From: a virus
DNA: 64,000 bases
Virus record (IMG/VR): IMGVR_UViG_3300030503_000566
Coordinates: 21,558-85,557 of that record
Strand: one strand, 5' to 3'
Positions 47,249-58,400 of this stretch are shown piece by piece. The position numbers were made by a program, and so were the translations under genes. The first letter of the stretch is position 1, and each line of letters begins with the position of its first letter. The notes under the pieces are model-generated. The model saw only the letters and a program-made list of their open reading frames with translations. It did not search any database and was not told the DNA's origin.

Positions 47249-48317
47249 TTGTTTACAAAACTGTGGAGGTAGATCAACCTCTGATCAATGTACAGAGTAT
47301 ACTGGTGATCCAGTTCCCTCTTTGAATATTTGTACAGGGGATCAGTTATCATCTGTTGAGGCAAATATCATAAATGGTTTACTCACAGCACTCAATGGTA
47401 CTGGTATATCTCCTACAGGTGTAACTCTACAGGCCTGTACTTGGCTAGCCAATCAATTTATAGGCCAGTTGCCCACTCTTGCTAATTATCTACAACTATT
47501 AGCCAATGGGGAGTGTAGCTTATACACTATGATCCAAAATCTCACTGCGCTAATAGCGGGGGAGAATTCTACTTTTGCTACTGGATGTCTTACTGGATTG
47601 CCCACTAATGCTACAGCAAATGAAGTACTTCAAGGACTACTTACAGCATATTGTGCAACACAAGTTACAGTAGCTGCTATTCCCACTACTTATGTACAAC
47701 AGAGCGATCTTGATACTCTTGTAACAACTATTCTTACAAACCTTGGCCTGATAGGTGGAAGTACACAAATTGCATATGCGCAATACATACCTATAGGCAT
47801 GGCATTTCCATATTTTGGTTCATTAGCTAACTTTGATAATACAGGTAAGGGATTAGTATCTGCTGGATTTTCTGGCATTTATCTTATGAATGGCTTGAAT
47901 GGTACTATAGATGCTAGGGGGAGGGCTTTTGTAGGAGCTATAAATAATGTACCCGGTGCTACATTATCGCCAGTTGTAGATCCTACACAACCATGGAATC
48001 CTAATACTAATTGGACCATGGGACAGACTTCTGGGGAAAACTATCATACTTTAACTACAAGTGAAATACCTTCTCATAGTCATGGAGTTACTGATCCGGG
48101 GCACTATCATACTTCTCTAATTCCTGAAGATTTTAAAGGGGAGGGTACCTCTGGATATGCAGTGCTATCTACTGCTCCACCTACAAGAACTGGTACTTAT
48201 AATCAGCTTACAAATACTGTTGTAACTAATATAAGTATTAATAATACTGGGGGTAATTCTTTCCATAATAATGTTCAACCTTCCCTATTCACTTATTGGG
48301 TTATCAGAGTATTCTAA
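47235..48317 (+). CDS. fibre protein with tail-collar domain
   Basis: PIG...PY.G...NG.NGT.D.RGR..VG...G...HTLT..EIPSHSH...HNNVQP. Confidence 0.8.
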   Translation: MACINCLQNCGGRSTSDQCTEYTGDPVPSLNICTGDQLSSVEANIINGLLTALNGTGISPTGVTLQACTWLANQFIGQLPTLANYLQLLANGECSLYTMIQNLTALIAGENSTFATGCLTGLPTNATANEVLQGLLTAYCATQVTVAAIPTTYVQQSDLDTLVTTILTNLGLIGGSTQIAYAQYIPIGMAFPYFGSLANFDNTGKGLVSAGFSGIYLMNGLNGTIDARGRAFVGAINNVPGATLSPVVDPTQPWNPNTNWTMGQTSGENYHTLTTSEIPSHSHGVTDPGHYHTSLIPEDFKGEGTSGYAVLSTAPPTRTGTYNQLTNTVVTNISINNTGGNSFHNNVQPSLFTYWVIRVF

Positions 48318-48330
48318 AACGTATATATCA

Positions 48331-50226
48331 ATGAGTTGTTCTTCATGCAATAATAGCAGTTCTATAGTGGTCGGGGGTTTGAATCAAATTCTTGCAACAA
48401 TTAATTCCCCCTGCAATACATCTTTATGTCCGTCTCCACAGGATTCCTCATGCACCTTCTATACTGCTGCTAATCTTCCTTGCTCTGGAATTAATACTCA
48501 AGACTCTATTGAGGTAGCTTTGCAGAAGATTGATACCTTGTTATGTGCCTCTTCTGGTAATTATGCATCTTATAATACTTATTGCCTAGCTCCTATTACC
48601 ACCCAGCAGCAGTTTGTACAGACTATTTCTGCTTATGTATGTGCTACGCAGTCCTCTTTAACTACTTTTACAGGAACCACTTTCCCTGCCTATCAGGCCA
48701 CTATTAACTCCACTTTAGCATCTTTACAGGTTCCGGGTACCACCAATGCTACATGCTCTAGTAATACAATTCTTAATACCGATACCCTCCAGACAGTTCT
48801 ACAAAAGCTGTCTAATATGGCATCTGATATCTATTGTAATCAGTTAAGCCTTTCTTCTGTTAACTGGAATCAATGTTTTACTGTATCCCCTACTCCTACG
48901 ACTGTAGCTCAGGGTTTCTCCACTCTTGCTTCTCAGATATGTACTCTACAGACTAGTATAGGCTCTGCCTCCCTGCCAGTATTTAATAATGTGGGATCCT
49001 GCCTCCCAACACCTGTTACCTCTGCCGATACTCTTGTATCTACAGTAAACAAGATCAAGACTTTATTGTGCCAAACTCCCACATTTAATATAAATACATT
49101 AACTTGGAATTGTATAACGCAGCCTTCTAATGTAGCAACTGATTTACAAGATGCTTTTCAAGCTGTACTAAATAAGATTAATATCATATGTCAGAGTTTA
49201 CCTACATTTTCAGGTAATTTCTCAGTGACTGCTACAAATCCGAGTAACCCATGTTCAGGGGTAACTGTTGATCTTTCTGGCTCCGTAGCTGATAGATTAG
49301 TTGCTGCCACCACTAATGATAATACCCCGGGGGTACTCTCAGCAAAACTTGTCGGTGATGGTACAACCATCTCAGTTAACTATGGTTCTACTACCCAAGG
49401 TATTATTAGTTATATAGGTGGTGGCACTGGAGGTGGGAATGGCAAGGTTATGTCTGATTCTGGGGATAGCACCTCAGATTATCTTTTCCCCAAGCTTGAG
49501 GTAGGGCCAGAGGTTTCTGGTATAAGTATCTCTCCTTATCTAGATACAACAAATGCCTATCATCAGGTTGGATTTAAGGCAAACCTTAGCCCCATTGCCC
49601 TATTTACAGCACTTCTTCAGGCAATTCCAACTGACACAACTGGTGCCTTACAGGCAGCATTTTGTGCAGCAGTAAATGCATGCCCTTCTCCTTGTGCAGC
49701 ACCAACTAATGTAAGCATAGTGTATGGAGGTACAACTTCCTCGACTACAACCACTACTACTACAGGCGGACCTACTACCACCACCACTAGCACTACAACG
49801 ACAACCACTACAACTACAGGTGGACCAACAACTACTACAACAAGTACTAGTTCAACTACTACGACTACAACAACAACTATTGTAGCCACTATATATGTAG
49901 GTGCCCAAACCTCCGGTACTCCCCCAATTGCCTCGGTAATTGAGGCTGGTAATACTTCTTCTCAGAATCCTGCGAATGATGTGAATGCTGATTGGACACC
50001 ATTTAATTCGACTCCTCAATATTGCTGGGTTGCTATACCTGCTGCTTATGTTAAAACATGGTGGGAGGTTACCTCTATCAACCAAGGGGCTATAGGTGGT
50101 GGAGATAATACATTTGGTACGCCAACAGCGGTTACTCTTTTCAGTCAATCATATTTACTTTACTTTACAAACTTCCAAACCCAATTTGAAGGGGTCTGTG
50201 CAATGCAAGCTTCAGAAGGAGTATAA
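48331..50226 (+). CDS. Cys-rich fibre-like structural protein with poly-Thr linker
   Basis: Start MSCSSC; repeated D(T/S)(L/I)....(Q/N)K(I/L) helices; (T)nGGP(T)n tract at ~49730-49880. Confidence 0.75.
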   Translation: MSCSSCNNSSSIVVGGLNQILATINSPCNTSLCPSPQDSSCTFYTAANLPCSGINTQDSIEVALQKIDTLLCASSGNYASYNTYCLAPITTQQQFVQTISAYVCATQSSLTTFTGTTFPAYQATINSTLASLQVPGTTNATCSSNTILNTDTLQTVLQKLSNMASDIYCNQLSLSSVNWNQCFTVSPTPTTVAQGFSTLASQICTLQTSIGSASLPVFNNVGSCLPTPVTSADTLVSTVNKIKTLLCQTPTFNINTLTWNCITQPSNVATDLQDAFQAVLNKINIICQSLPTFSGNFSVTATNPSNPCSGVTVDLSGSVADRLVAATTNDNTPGVLSAKLVGDGTTISVNYGSTTQGIISYIGGGTGGGNGKVMSDSGDSTSDYLFPKLEVGPEVSGISISPYLDTTNAYHQVGFKANLSPIALFTALLQAIPTDTTGALQAAFCAAVNACPSPCAAPTNVSIVYGGTTSSTTTTTTTGGPTTTTTSTTTTTTTTTGGPTTTTTSTSSTTTTTTTTIVATIYVGAQTSGTPPIASVIEAGNTSSQNPANDVNADWTPFNSTPQYCWVAIPAAYVKTWWEVTSINQGAIGGGDNTFGTPTAVTLFSQSYLLYFTNFQTQFEGVCAMQASEGV

Positions 50227-50804
50227 TGAGTACAACAACAGTAACCATAAATTGGACACCGGCCCCCGGCTCTCTAGGTGTATTAGTGCAATATAGGGTA
50301 CAGGGGACTACTCCTTGGATAACAGCAACTGGGGCACCAAATCCTACGGTATATCCATACTATACACTTACAGTACTATATGATACATACTATGATGTAA
50401 TGCTTACTGCACAAGGGGGTGCTACTTGTAGTCCCTCTTCAGTGACATTTCAATTTCTCTCAACTCCACCTCCACCTCCTGCTATAGTAACCTTCAGGGA
50501 TACAAGTGGAGTAGTGACAGTAACAAATATCACTATAGGTGGTGTAAGTGTATCAGGTATTACTTTCCCTATAGCTCCAAGTAGCTCAGTTAGTGGAACA
50601 ACCCCTAGTATAGGCAGTGAGACTATTGCAGTAACTTTCTCCTCTACCTCCAGTGATATTAATATAGCAGTTACTGATAGTTTAGGAACTGTTAGCTGTC
50701 AGGATATTACCTCGTCTGGCACACATACACTCACTTTCAGTTCAGAAACTGTAAATTCAGGTGGTACCATCTCAATAGTAAGCTCTGTTGGACCTTGTAC
50801 TTAA
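50226..50804 (+). CDS. FN3/Ig-like virion protein
   Basis: INWTP....VQYRVQG...W...Y.V FN3 pattern, poly-Pro linker, second beta domain. Confidence 0.65.
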   Translation: MSTTTVTINWTPAPGSLGVLVQYRVQGTTPWITATGAPNPTVYPYYTLTVLYDTYYDVMLTAQGGATCSPSSVTFQFLSTPPPPPAIVTFRDTSGVVTVTNITIGGVSVSGITFPIAPSSSVSGTTPSIGSETIAVTFSSTSSDINIAVTDSLGTVSCQDITSSGTHTLTFSSETVNSGGTISIVSSVGPCT

Positions 50805-50814
50805 AACATGAAAA

Positions 50815-51057
50815 ATGGCATCGATAGAATTTAATTATACTATTCCTTTTGGAACCTCACTGAGGGTAGGGTATAGAGCTACTGGTTCATCTGGGCCTTT
50901 TACTTATATAGCTACTTATCCTGCTTATGATGAATCTCCCTATACTCTATCTGGTATACCCTCAGGATTAACAGATATAGAACTTACTACCTTATGTCCC
51001 TCCTGCTCTGGGGGGTTAGCATCTTCATCATACGTTTTTACTGCAACTGCAAGTTAA
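50815..51057 (+). CDS. small FN3-like protein
   Basis: RVGYRATGS..FT....PYTL. Confidence 0.55.
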   Translation: MASIEFNYTIPFGTSLRVGYRATGSSGPFTYIATYPAYDESPYTLSGIPSGLTDIELTTLCPSCSGGLASSSYVFTATAS

Positions 51058-51087
51058 CACCTTTGTTTTTATGGTTTTCAAAGGTGT

Positions 51088-51124
51088 GCCCCCAAGTCTT
51101 TGTGACCAAGGGGGTTTTTTATTT
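51088..51124 (+). terminator. intrinsic terminator
   Basis: GCCCCC-AAGTC...GAC-CAA-GGGGGT then a T-run; preceded by an ACACCTTTG/CAAAGGTGT hairpin. Confidence 0.65.
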
Positions 51125-51253
51125 CTAATCTACTTCGTTAAGGAGATTTGTCAAAAATAATCAATTTCATTAGAAAGGATTTGGTAATGTCAAAAAGATT
51201 TTGTAGTTTTACACTTCTTCAGGTCTTCTATTATCTAACAACAACAATAGTAA

Positions 51254-52573
51254 ATGAGTATAAGACAAGAATTCTTTGATGATTTGGCTTTAAATGGTAA
51301 GGGTGAGAGGAGTTGGAATTATTTAGCTAAACAATATGGATTTGGAACTGGAGAATCTGCCAGAGGCACATGGAAAAGTTATAGAAAACTTAATGAAATA
51401 GTTGAAAAACAGCAAGTTAACAATTATATAGCAACCCTACAAGATAGGGTAATATCTCTAGAAGAGGATTTAAAAACCTCAAAAGCAGAGTTAGTTTACA
51501 GATCAAAAGATGAAATCAAAACTCTTGAGGAACTTATACAGAGAACAAATATTGACCTTAAAAAGTGGAATATTGTAAGATGGAGGCAAAACTATTGGGG
51601 CAACTTAAATGACCCTCATTGGCAGGTAAGAGCAGAGTTAGAACCTAGAGTCCTAGATAAAGACCCACAACTACAGAAAGAGTTTCTCCTAAATGAGATA
51701 AAAGCTTATCAAAAAGAGTCCTCTTTAAATCTGTTTGGAACTGCTGGAGAGTTTGACTACTCTGATCTCTCAGAATTTCTGGGATTACCCAAAAGAGAAT
51801 ATTTACTAGAGATATCAATACCTGACCTACATATAGGCAAATTAGCATGGGGTCTTGAGAGTGGTGAAGATTATGATACTAAAATAGCTTGTGATCGATT
51901 TAAAGCAGCAGTTAATAATCTCCTTAAACGCACTCCTGTCTCCAGTATTGCTAAAATAGTACTTCCTATTGGCAATGATCTTATCCATATAGATAATGCT
52001 GAGAATCAAACTACTGCCGGTACTCAAGTAGATGCAGATAGTAGATTTGCCAAGATAGTAAAGACAGCAAAGGCACTATTGGTAGAGATAATTGATGAAC
52101 TTAAGCAGATAGCCCCAGTAGAGGTAATTATAGTAAGAGGAAATCATGATAGTACCACAACATTCCTATTAGGAGAAGTGATTGAAGCATGGTTTCACGC
52201 CGATCCTTTAGTTAAAGTAGATAACAGCCCTAAGTGGAGGAAGTATTATCAATATGGTCAAGTAGGTGTACAACTTACTCATGGTGAAAAAGAGAATCAT
52301 CAGGAATTAGGGCTTATATTTGCTACAGAAGAACCCCAACTGTGGGCGGATACTAAGTATAGGTTCTGCAAATTAGGCCACTTCCATAAGACAAAGAAGA
52401 TGAATTATGTATCTGTAGATAACCATCAAGGTTTCCAGATAGAGATACTTCCTTCACTATCAGCAGCAGATGAGTGGCATAGTGCAAAGGGATATATCTC
52501 AAACCCACAAGCTAAAGCTTTTTTATACCATAAAGAAGAGGGTGAAATAGCTGAGTACACATATACAGTATAA
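51254..52573 (+). CDS. calcineurin-like metallophosphoesterase
   Basis: DLHIG, GND..H.D, GNHD, THG, GHFH motifs; promoter-like TTTG-N20-TAGTTTTA at 51180-51211. Confidence 0.88.
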   Translation: MSIRQEFFDDLALNGKGERSWNYLAKQYGFGTGESARGTWKSYRKLNEIVEKQQVNNYIATLQDRVISLEEDLKTSKAELVYRSKDEIKTLEELIQRTNIDLKKWNIVRWRQNYWGNLNDPHWQVRAELEPRVLDKDPQLQKEFLLNEIKAYQKESSLNLFGTAGEFDYSDLSEFLGLPKREYLLEISIPDLHIGKLAWGLESGEDYDTKIACDRFKAAVNNLLKRTPVSSIAKIVLPIGNDLIHIDNAENQTTAGTQVDADSRFAKIVKTAKALLVEIIDELKQIAPVEVIIVRGNHDSTTTFLLGEVIEAWFHADPLVKVDNSPKWRKYYQYGQVGVQLTHGEKENHQELGLIFATEEPQLWADTKYRFCKLGHFHKTKKMNYVSVDNHQGFQIEILPSLSAADEWHSAKGYISNPQAKAFLYHKEEGEIAEYTYTV

Positions 52574-53319
52574 TGCCGACAGTTAGAGATGTAATATCAA
52601 ATAAATATTATATTTATCGTCATATAAGAGAAGATAAAAATGAGCCTTTTTATATAGGAATTGGTACTATATGGGGGAAGGACAAAAATTCTAGCTGTGA
52701 TGCCAAGAAGTATGGAAGAGCTTTTGCAAAAATAAATAGAAGTGAATTTTGGAAGAATATTATATCCAAGTCAAATTATACTGTAGAAATTTTAATGGAA
52801 TCTGATAATTTAGATTTTATTAAAAATAAAGAAAGGGAATTTATCATTTTATATGGAAGAAGAGATTTAAAAACTGGTACTTTAGTTAATTTAACAGATG
52901 GTGGAGATGGTATAATAAATCTTTCTGAAATGTCAAGAGATAAAATTAGAAATAAATTATTAGGAAAGAAACTATCAGAAGAACACAGAATAAAATGTGG
53001 AAATGCTAGGAGGGGTTCAAAGCTAGAGGAATGGCACAAGAAAAGAATATCTGAAGCAAATTTAGCTAGGAATAATAAGTCTGGAAACAATCCTCAATCT
53101 AAAGAAGTTTACCAATACAATTTACAAGGAGATTTTGTCAAAAAGTGGAATTGTACAAAAGATATTGAGAGAGAACTGGGTATACCAAATCAAAGAATAT
53201 CAGAAGTTTGTTCTGGTAAAGTATTGACTTATCATGGATGTGTTTGGTCATATACCTTTCTTGGACAAAAAGTTATGATAAAGAAAAAAGGTAAAAGAAA
53301 AGAATTATGCCTACTTTGA
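52573..53319 (+). mobile_element. free-standing GIY-YIG homing endonuclease with NUMOD3 and NUMOD1 domains
   Basis: YIYRH....FYIGIG, E..I..YG, L.NLTDGG, LSEEH..K repeats, VYQY.L.G..VK.W; AT-rich. Confidence 0.88.
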
Positions 53320-54017
53320 GGAGTGTTATTTCAAGAGTGCGTACAACTAACAAACTCTTATCTAGTGACAATATCATAAGTGATAGAGCCGTGGAAAAGG
53401 AGCTTAAAAGTAAAGCTATTACCTTAATCCGTAGGGAAACTAACTTACGAAGGTTATGGTCTACCTCCACCATCTTCAGTGAAATTCCTTGTCTGGAAAT
53501 GATCCAAGTACCTCTCTCTGAATGCTGTGATTATCATTCTGATAGGGTTGTAGCAAGGAGCAAACATAAATTGCCAGCTATGGCGGAGGGTATTTATGGA
53601 TATCTTATCCAGTGGGTTAGGAATGTAGAGAGAACCACCAAAGAGAGTAAGCGGATAAATGAGATGTCTATTAATAGATATGTGAATTTCCTTGGTATTA
53701 ATCCAAGATATAATAGACTTGTTTACTGGATTGATAACAGATATCTATATTGCTCAAATCCAGATGTACAGGTATTAAGCATCTCTGCCTACTTTGAGGA
53801 CGATATTCCTAAGTATTTATTGTTCCCTGAGTGCAAATGTGACTCAAGAAAACCATCTTATGACGAGTGTAAAAATCCTCTGGATCTACAGTTTAAATGT
53901 CCGGGGTATCTTGAGGACAATTGTGTATCTATGACTTCCAAATATCTAATTGAAACATATTTTAGATTGGTAGATGATAAGACCTCTGATAATAGAGATG
54001 ATGAAACAGTGAAATAA
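53307..54017 (+). CDS. tail ring-like structural protein
   Basis: Tail-module context; YWI.N.YLY, A.FED. Confidence 0.65.
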   Translation: MPTLRSVISRVRTTNKLLSSDNIISDRAVEKELKSKAITLIRRETNLRRLWSTSTIFSEIPCLEMIQVPLSECCDYHSDRVVARSKHKLPAMAEGIYGYLIQWVRNVERTTKESKRINEMSINRYVNFLGINPRYNRLVYWIDNRYLYCSNPDVQVLSISAYFEDDIPKYLLFPECKCDSRKPSYDECKNPLDLQFKCPGYLEDNCVSMTSKYLIETYFRLVDDKTSDNRDDETVK

Positions 54018-54057
54018 TACTATAAAATAGATAAACCGTACTATAAAACACATATAA

Positions 54058-54543
54058 TTGCCAAGAGTTACAGTAGAATGGATCAGTGCCAGTAGGAAAA
54101 ACTATAACGAGTTCTTAGAAAAGAATCCCGACATAAAACTGTCGGCAAAACAGTTCTACGACATAATTAGGACCTATAATGTCATGTTTAGGGACTATAT
54201 ATTGGAAACTGGTGAAAAGGTAAAGCTACCTCAGGGCATTGGATATTTTTCCATTAACAAGAAAAAGACTCGCAAATACGGTTATAACAAGAAAAGAGAA
54301 AGAGTTATTCGTCTACCTATAGATTGGCCCAAAAGTAGGGCTGCCGGGAAGCACATCTACAACTTCAACTACCATACAGAAGGATACAAATTTAGATGGG
54401 TTTGGTTTCAAGATACAGCATACTTTCTCAAATCAGATATTTGGTGTTTTAAGCCTTCTAGAGAATCTTCACGGGCAATTGCAGATAAAATCTTACGTAG
54501 TAAAGATAAGAATTACGCTGATGTTTATCATGAGTGGAAGTAA
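54058..54543 (+). CDS. HU/IHF-like protein
   Basis: GEKVKLP.GIG.F.I.KKK, IDW..S, N.HT.GY, FKPSR. Confidence 0.75.
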   Translation: MPRVTVEWISASRKNYNEFLEKNPDIKLSAKQFYDIIRTYNVMFRDYILETGEKVKLPQGIGYFSINKKKTRKYGYNKKRERVIRLPIDWPKSRAAGKHIYNFNYHTEGYKFRWVWFQDTAYFLKSDIWCFKPSRESSRAIADKILRSKDKNYADVYHEWK

Positions 54544-54552
54544 ATAATACAC

Positions 54553-55470
54553 ATGTCTTATTATTATAAATATAATTTTGTCTCTCCTGAGCCAATTTTT
54601 TCTGTTATCAAAGAAGAATTAAGAACTTACTTTGAGGCAGGTGCTGTTGATGATGTTATGTTCTCTGTATGGATGGATAGGGCATTAAAGAAGTTAGGTA
54701 GAGCCACTAATCAAATAAGGGAAACAATTCTTGAGGTGCATGATTACCAAGCTAAATTGCCACCAGAGTTTCTGGCAGTTAGAGAAGCTTGGTTATGTAC
54801 AGAAATAGAGCCTTGGGTACAGAGACCGAATGCTAAATATGATCAGGTTTTCTGTAGAATTACCCCTGTCTATAATGATAGTCCTTGTGTAGATTGTGTT
54901 CCTGAAATATTGAGAGTAACTTATAAGAATACTGAATTTGGGCCATATCCAGATATGAAAATAAGGAGAATATATCTTCTTAAACCGGGGTCCATCTCAG
55001 CAAAAGACAATTGTGGTCTACCCTTAGTGCAATATGAGGGGGCTAATTATGAGGATGTATCTCCTCTAGAGAGACCAATGGCTAATCTAAATTCCTCTGC
55101 TCCAGATAGTTATGATATTCATGGTAATAAGTTTGTCCTAAACTTCAGAAAGGGAATTGTTCATCTGATATATTATGCAGAGGAGAGAGATGGGGAAGAT
55201 TATCAGCTTGTTCCAGATAACTATTGGATTCAGGAATATGTTAAACGCTTTATAAAATTTAAAGTGTTTGAGCAGTTGTGGAATCAAACCACAGATGAAA
55301 CTTACAACCAGATCAAACAGAAAATGGATTATTACAAATCCTCTTATGACGAGGGTTGGATTATGGCAGATATAGAGATAAAGAAGAAAGATTCTACTAC
55401 TATTCAAAGGTCGATTAAGAGAGATATGAATAGGTTACATCATTATAAGCTTGATCATTATAGACATTAA
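54553..55470 (+). CDS. tail tubular/ring protein
   Basis: AKLP..F, NF..G.V.L.YY......LVPD; directly upstream of the muzzle gene. Confidence 0.65.
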   Translation: MSYYYKYNFVSPEPIFSVIKEELRTYFEAGAVDDVMFSVWMDRALKKLGRATNQIRETILEVHDYQAKLPPEFLAVREAWLCTEIEPWVQRPNAKYDQVFCRITPVYNDSPCVDCVPEILRVTYKNTEFGPYPDMKIRRIYLLKPGSISAKDNCGLPLVQYEGANYEDVSPLERPMANLNSSAPDSYDIHGNKFVLNFRKGIVHLIYYAEERDGEDYQLVPDNYWIQEYVKRFIKFKVFEQLWNQTTDETYNQIKQKMDYYKSSYDEGWIMADIEIKKKDSTTIQRSIKRDMNRLHHYKLDHYRH

Positions 55471-58400
55471 TGGCTGAACAGGAAGACGATAATCAGCAGC
55501 AGCAACAACCTCCCCAACAGGGAAATGTATCCCTTAATCCAAATCAGGCTATTGGGGGTATGAATCTGAACTCCATCTTGAGAGAGGTGAAGCCGGGACA
55601 GTTAACTTATGCCCTAAATGCTCAGGTAGAGAATTTTGATGGGGGTGGTATCTCATACCAAAACGAAAGTGGTAATACTCTATGTTACAACTTTCCTATA
55701 GGTTATGTTGATATAGGGCACCATTTTATCCCAGAGCAAGATAGAACAGTATGGTTCTTAGTAAATCCCACAACGGGGGGATCTGAAATAGGAGTTGGAA
55801 GTACATTAACATGCACTTATACAACCCTAGTGAACCAATCTTGCTTAAATTTTAATATAAATTACCCGATACATAAATCAGTACATAAAATAACAGCTTG
55901 TGGCACAGAAGTTTATTGGACAGATACATATAATGGCCGTCGATATATGGATATCGATAATCTCCCTTATGCACAAACTTTCGATGGAACAGCACAGTCC
56001 CCATGTGCAAGCACTACTCTCAGTACTATTGACTGTAATAAATTAAGTATACAGCCAAATTTTGCTATTCCACAGATTGTATATGAAGCAGTTCTTGGTG
56101 GGGGAAATGTGATAGAGGGGACTTATCAATTTGCAGTCCAGTATTGTAATTTTGAAGGAAGTGCATACACTTCCTACTATTCCCATACTAACCCAATGCC
56201 CATCTTGAATCCATTTATAGTGGGTCCTGACTTCAATTATAATACTGGGAAATCAATTAAGTTCAAAGTAAGTAATATAGATATAACTGGACTATTTGAT
56301 TATTTTAACATTGCTGTTATAAAGACCATAAATAATATAACAAGTGTAGATCTTGTAGCTACCTATCAAATTACTCAGGCTACTCAGACTGTCATTTATA
56401 CAGGCCAATCCAAGGCAGATATTGCACTAACCATTGATGATGTATTCGAGAGATTTGTGTATTTTGATACTGCTCAGGGTGTAACTACAGTACAGGATGT
56501 ACTTGTTTGGAATGGTCTAACTACTAATGAGAGGCTCTCATATGCTAGTATATTTAATCAAGTCACTCTACAGTGGGTTAGTTTTAAAGTTCCCCCAAGT
56601 AGCAATCAATTCGCAGATCCATTAAACTCTGCCAACTACGAAGGATACATGAGAGATGAGATTTATCCTTTTGATGGTGTAGTTATCTTAAAGAACGGTT
56701 ATCAATCTGATAGGTTTCCCATCCCTAATAGAGTGGCCACATCAGCAGATTTACTTATCATAAGTAATGGTGATGTTCAAGCTGGTGGGACTGTATGTGA
56801 ACCTGTAACAGGCTTACCAACATGGCAAGTGTATAATACAGCTACTGTAGAGGGGTATTGCCCACAATATGTAGGCAATGAGAATAATGACTGTTATGAG
56901 GGGCCTTATCAGTATGGTAATTTTGGCTTTTGGCAATCAACAGAGACATACCCTTGCAATGAGGGTATATTTGGCTCCCTATCTGGACAACAGATTAGGC
57001 ATCATTTATTCCCTGATAATGCCGTAAGTAACCACCATGATAATGAGGGCAATATTTATCCACTAGGGGTGCAAGTAGATGCTTATCAATTATATACACT
57101 TATTCAGCAGTCAGGTCTTACACAAGAACAAATAGACCAAATTGCTTGTATTAAGATAATTAGAGGGGATAGGGCAGCAAATAAATCGATAATTGCTAAG
57201 GGTCTATTATATAATGTGGGTTCTTACACAAATAACGATATTAATAACACAGGTAATAATGGGACCTTCTTCTTCCCGAATTACCCTTTTAATGATTTAA
57301 GGGAAGATCCTTTTATTAAAGGTAGTAATGATGCAGTTTCTGGATCTACAGTCGTAAGTAATTACAATTCAGTAAACAATTCCGGTAATACAAACACGAC
57401 TCTCTATACAGCGATTATACCTGCAAACACTTTAGTTAATATTGGTGACCAATTAATTGCAACCTATCAAGGAGAGTATAACGGGAGCAATAACCAAAAT
57501 CAACTATTGACCGTCGATATTAATAATATTAACATAGGAGGACTATTAATAGATGCCTCTAGTGGTACTACTTGGAGTATAACATCCACTATAACTTTGA
57601 CGGGGCCAGATGCCATATCAGTCTCAAATCAATATACTACTTTTGGGGTTGTTACTTTTAATGACACCACTACTACTACAAAGTCTGGAATAGATACCTC
57701 CTCACCTCTCACCATTACTTTATATGGAGTTGCTCCACAAGGCTCTAATAATGAGGTAACTATCTCAACAATCTCTGAAGTAATTAACTATTCTCCCGGA
57801 GGAGCCAATGTTGCTCCCCCCTCTCCTTATTTGGATGCTTTTTCAAGTAGTGGTTCATTGCAGAGATTTACCTTTCATTCTCCAGATACTTCATTTTACC
57901 AGCCATCTCTAGGTAATATTCTTAAACTAGAAACTATAGAAACAGGTCAGGCTAGGCAGCATTTCGTACAAACAAAAGGGCATGCTAGATATAAATTTCC
58001 CTCACTAGGTTCTTATTTAACGTCACTGGGGATAGGAATAGCAATAGGATTTGCCTCCTCTAGTATAGGTGTATCTACACAGATATTTAATGGGGCAGCA
58101 GCATTTACAGCCTTTGCAACCTTTAATGATATAATCTATAAATTAATTCCTCGTAGGAATTTTGCTTATCAATTTAATTCTATAGGATATTATGATAATA
58201 CTCAAACTATACCTAACTATAATGGAAATAAAATAAGAACTATAGATATAGCTTCTTATTTATCCTCTGGCTTACAGGGAAATAGTGATACCTATCCAAT
58301 TAATAACTGGCAAAGAGAGTCCTCCGTATATCTAAGGACAACTGCTACTCTGCCATTTCCAGATACGTACCCAAATGTGACACCAGAGACCTCTAGATAT

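Noticed and set aside
47235-51057. Diversity-generating retroelement or invertible fibre cassette
   Set aside because: No reverse transcriptase, recombinase, template/variable repeat pair or flanking inverted repeats seen in the window
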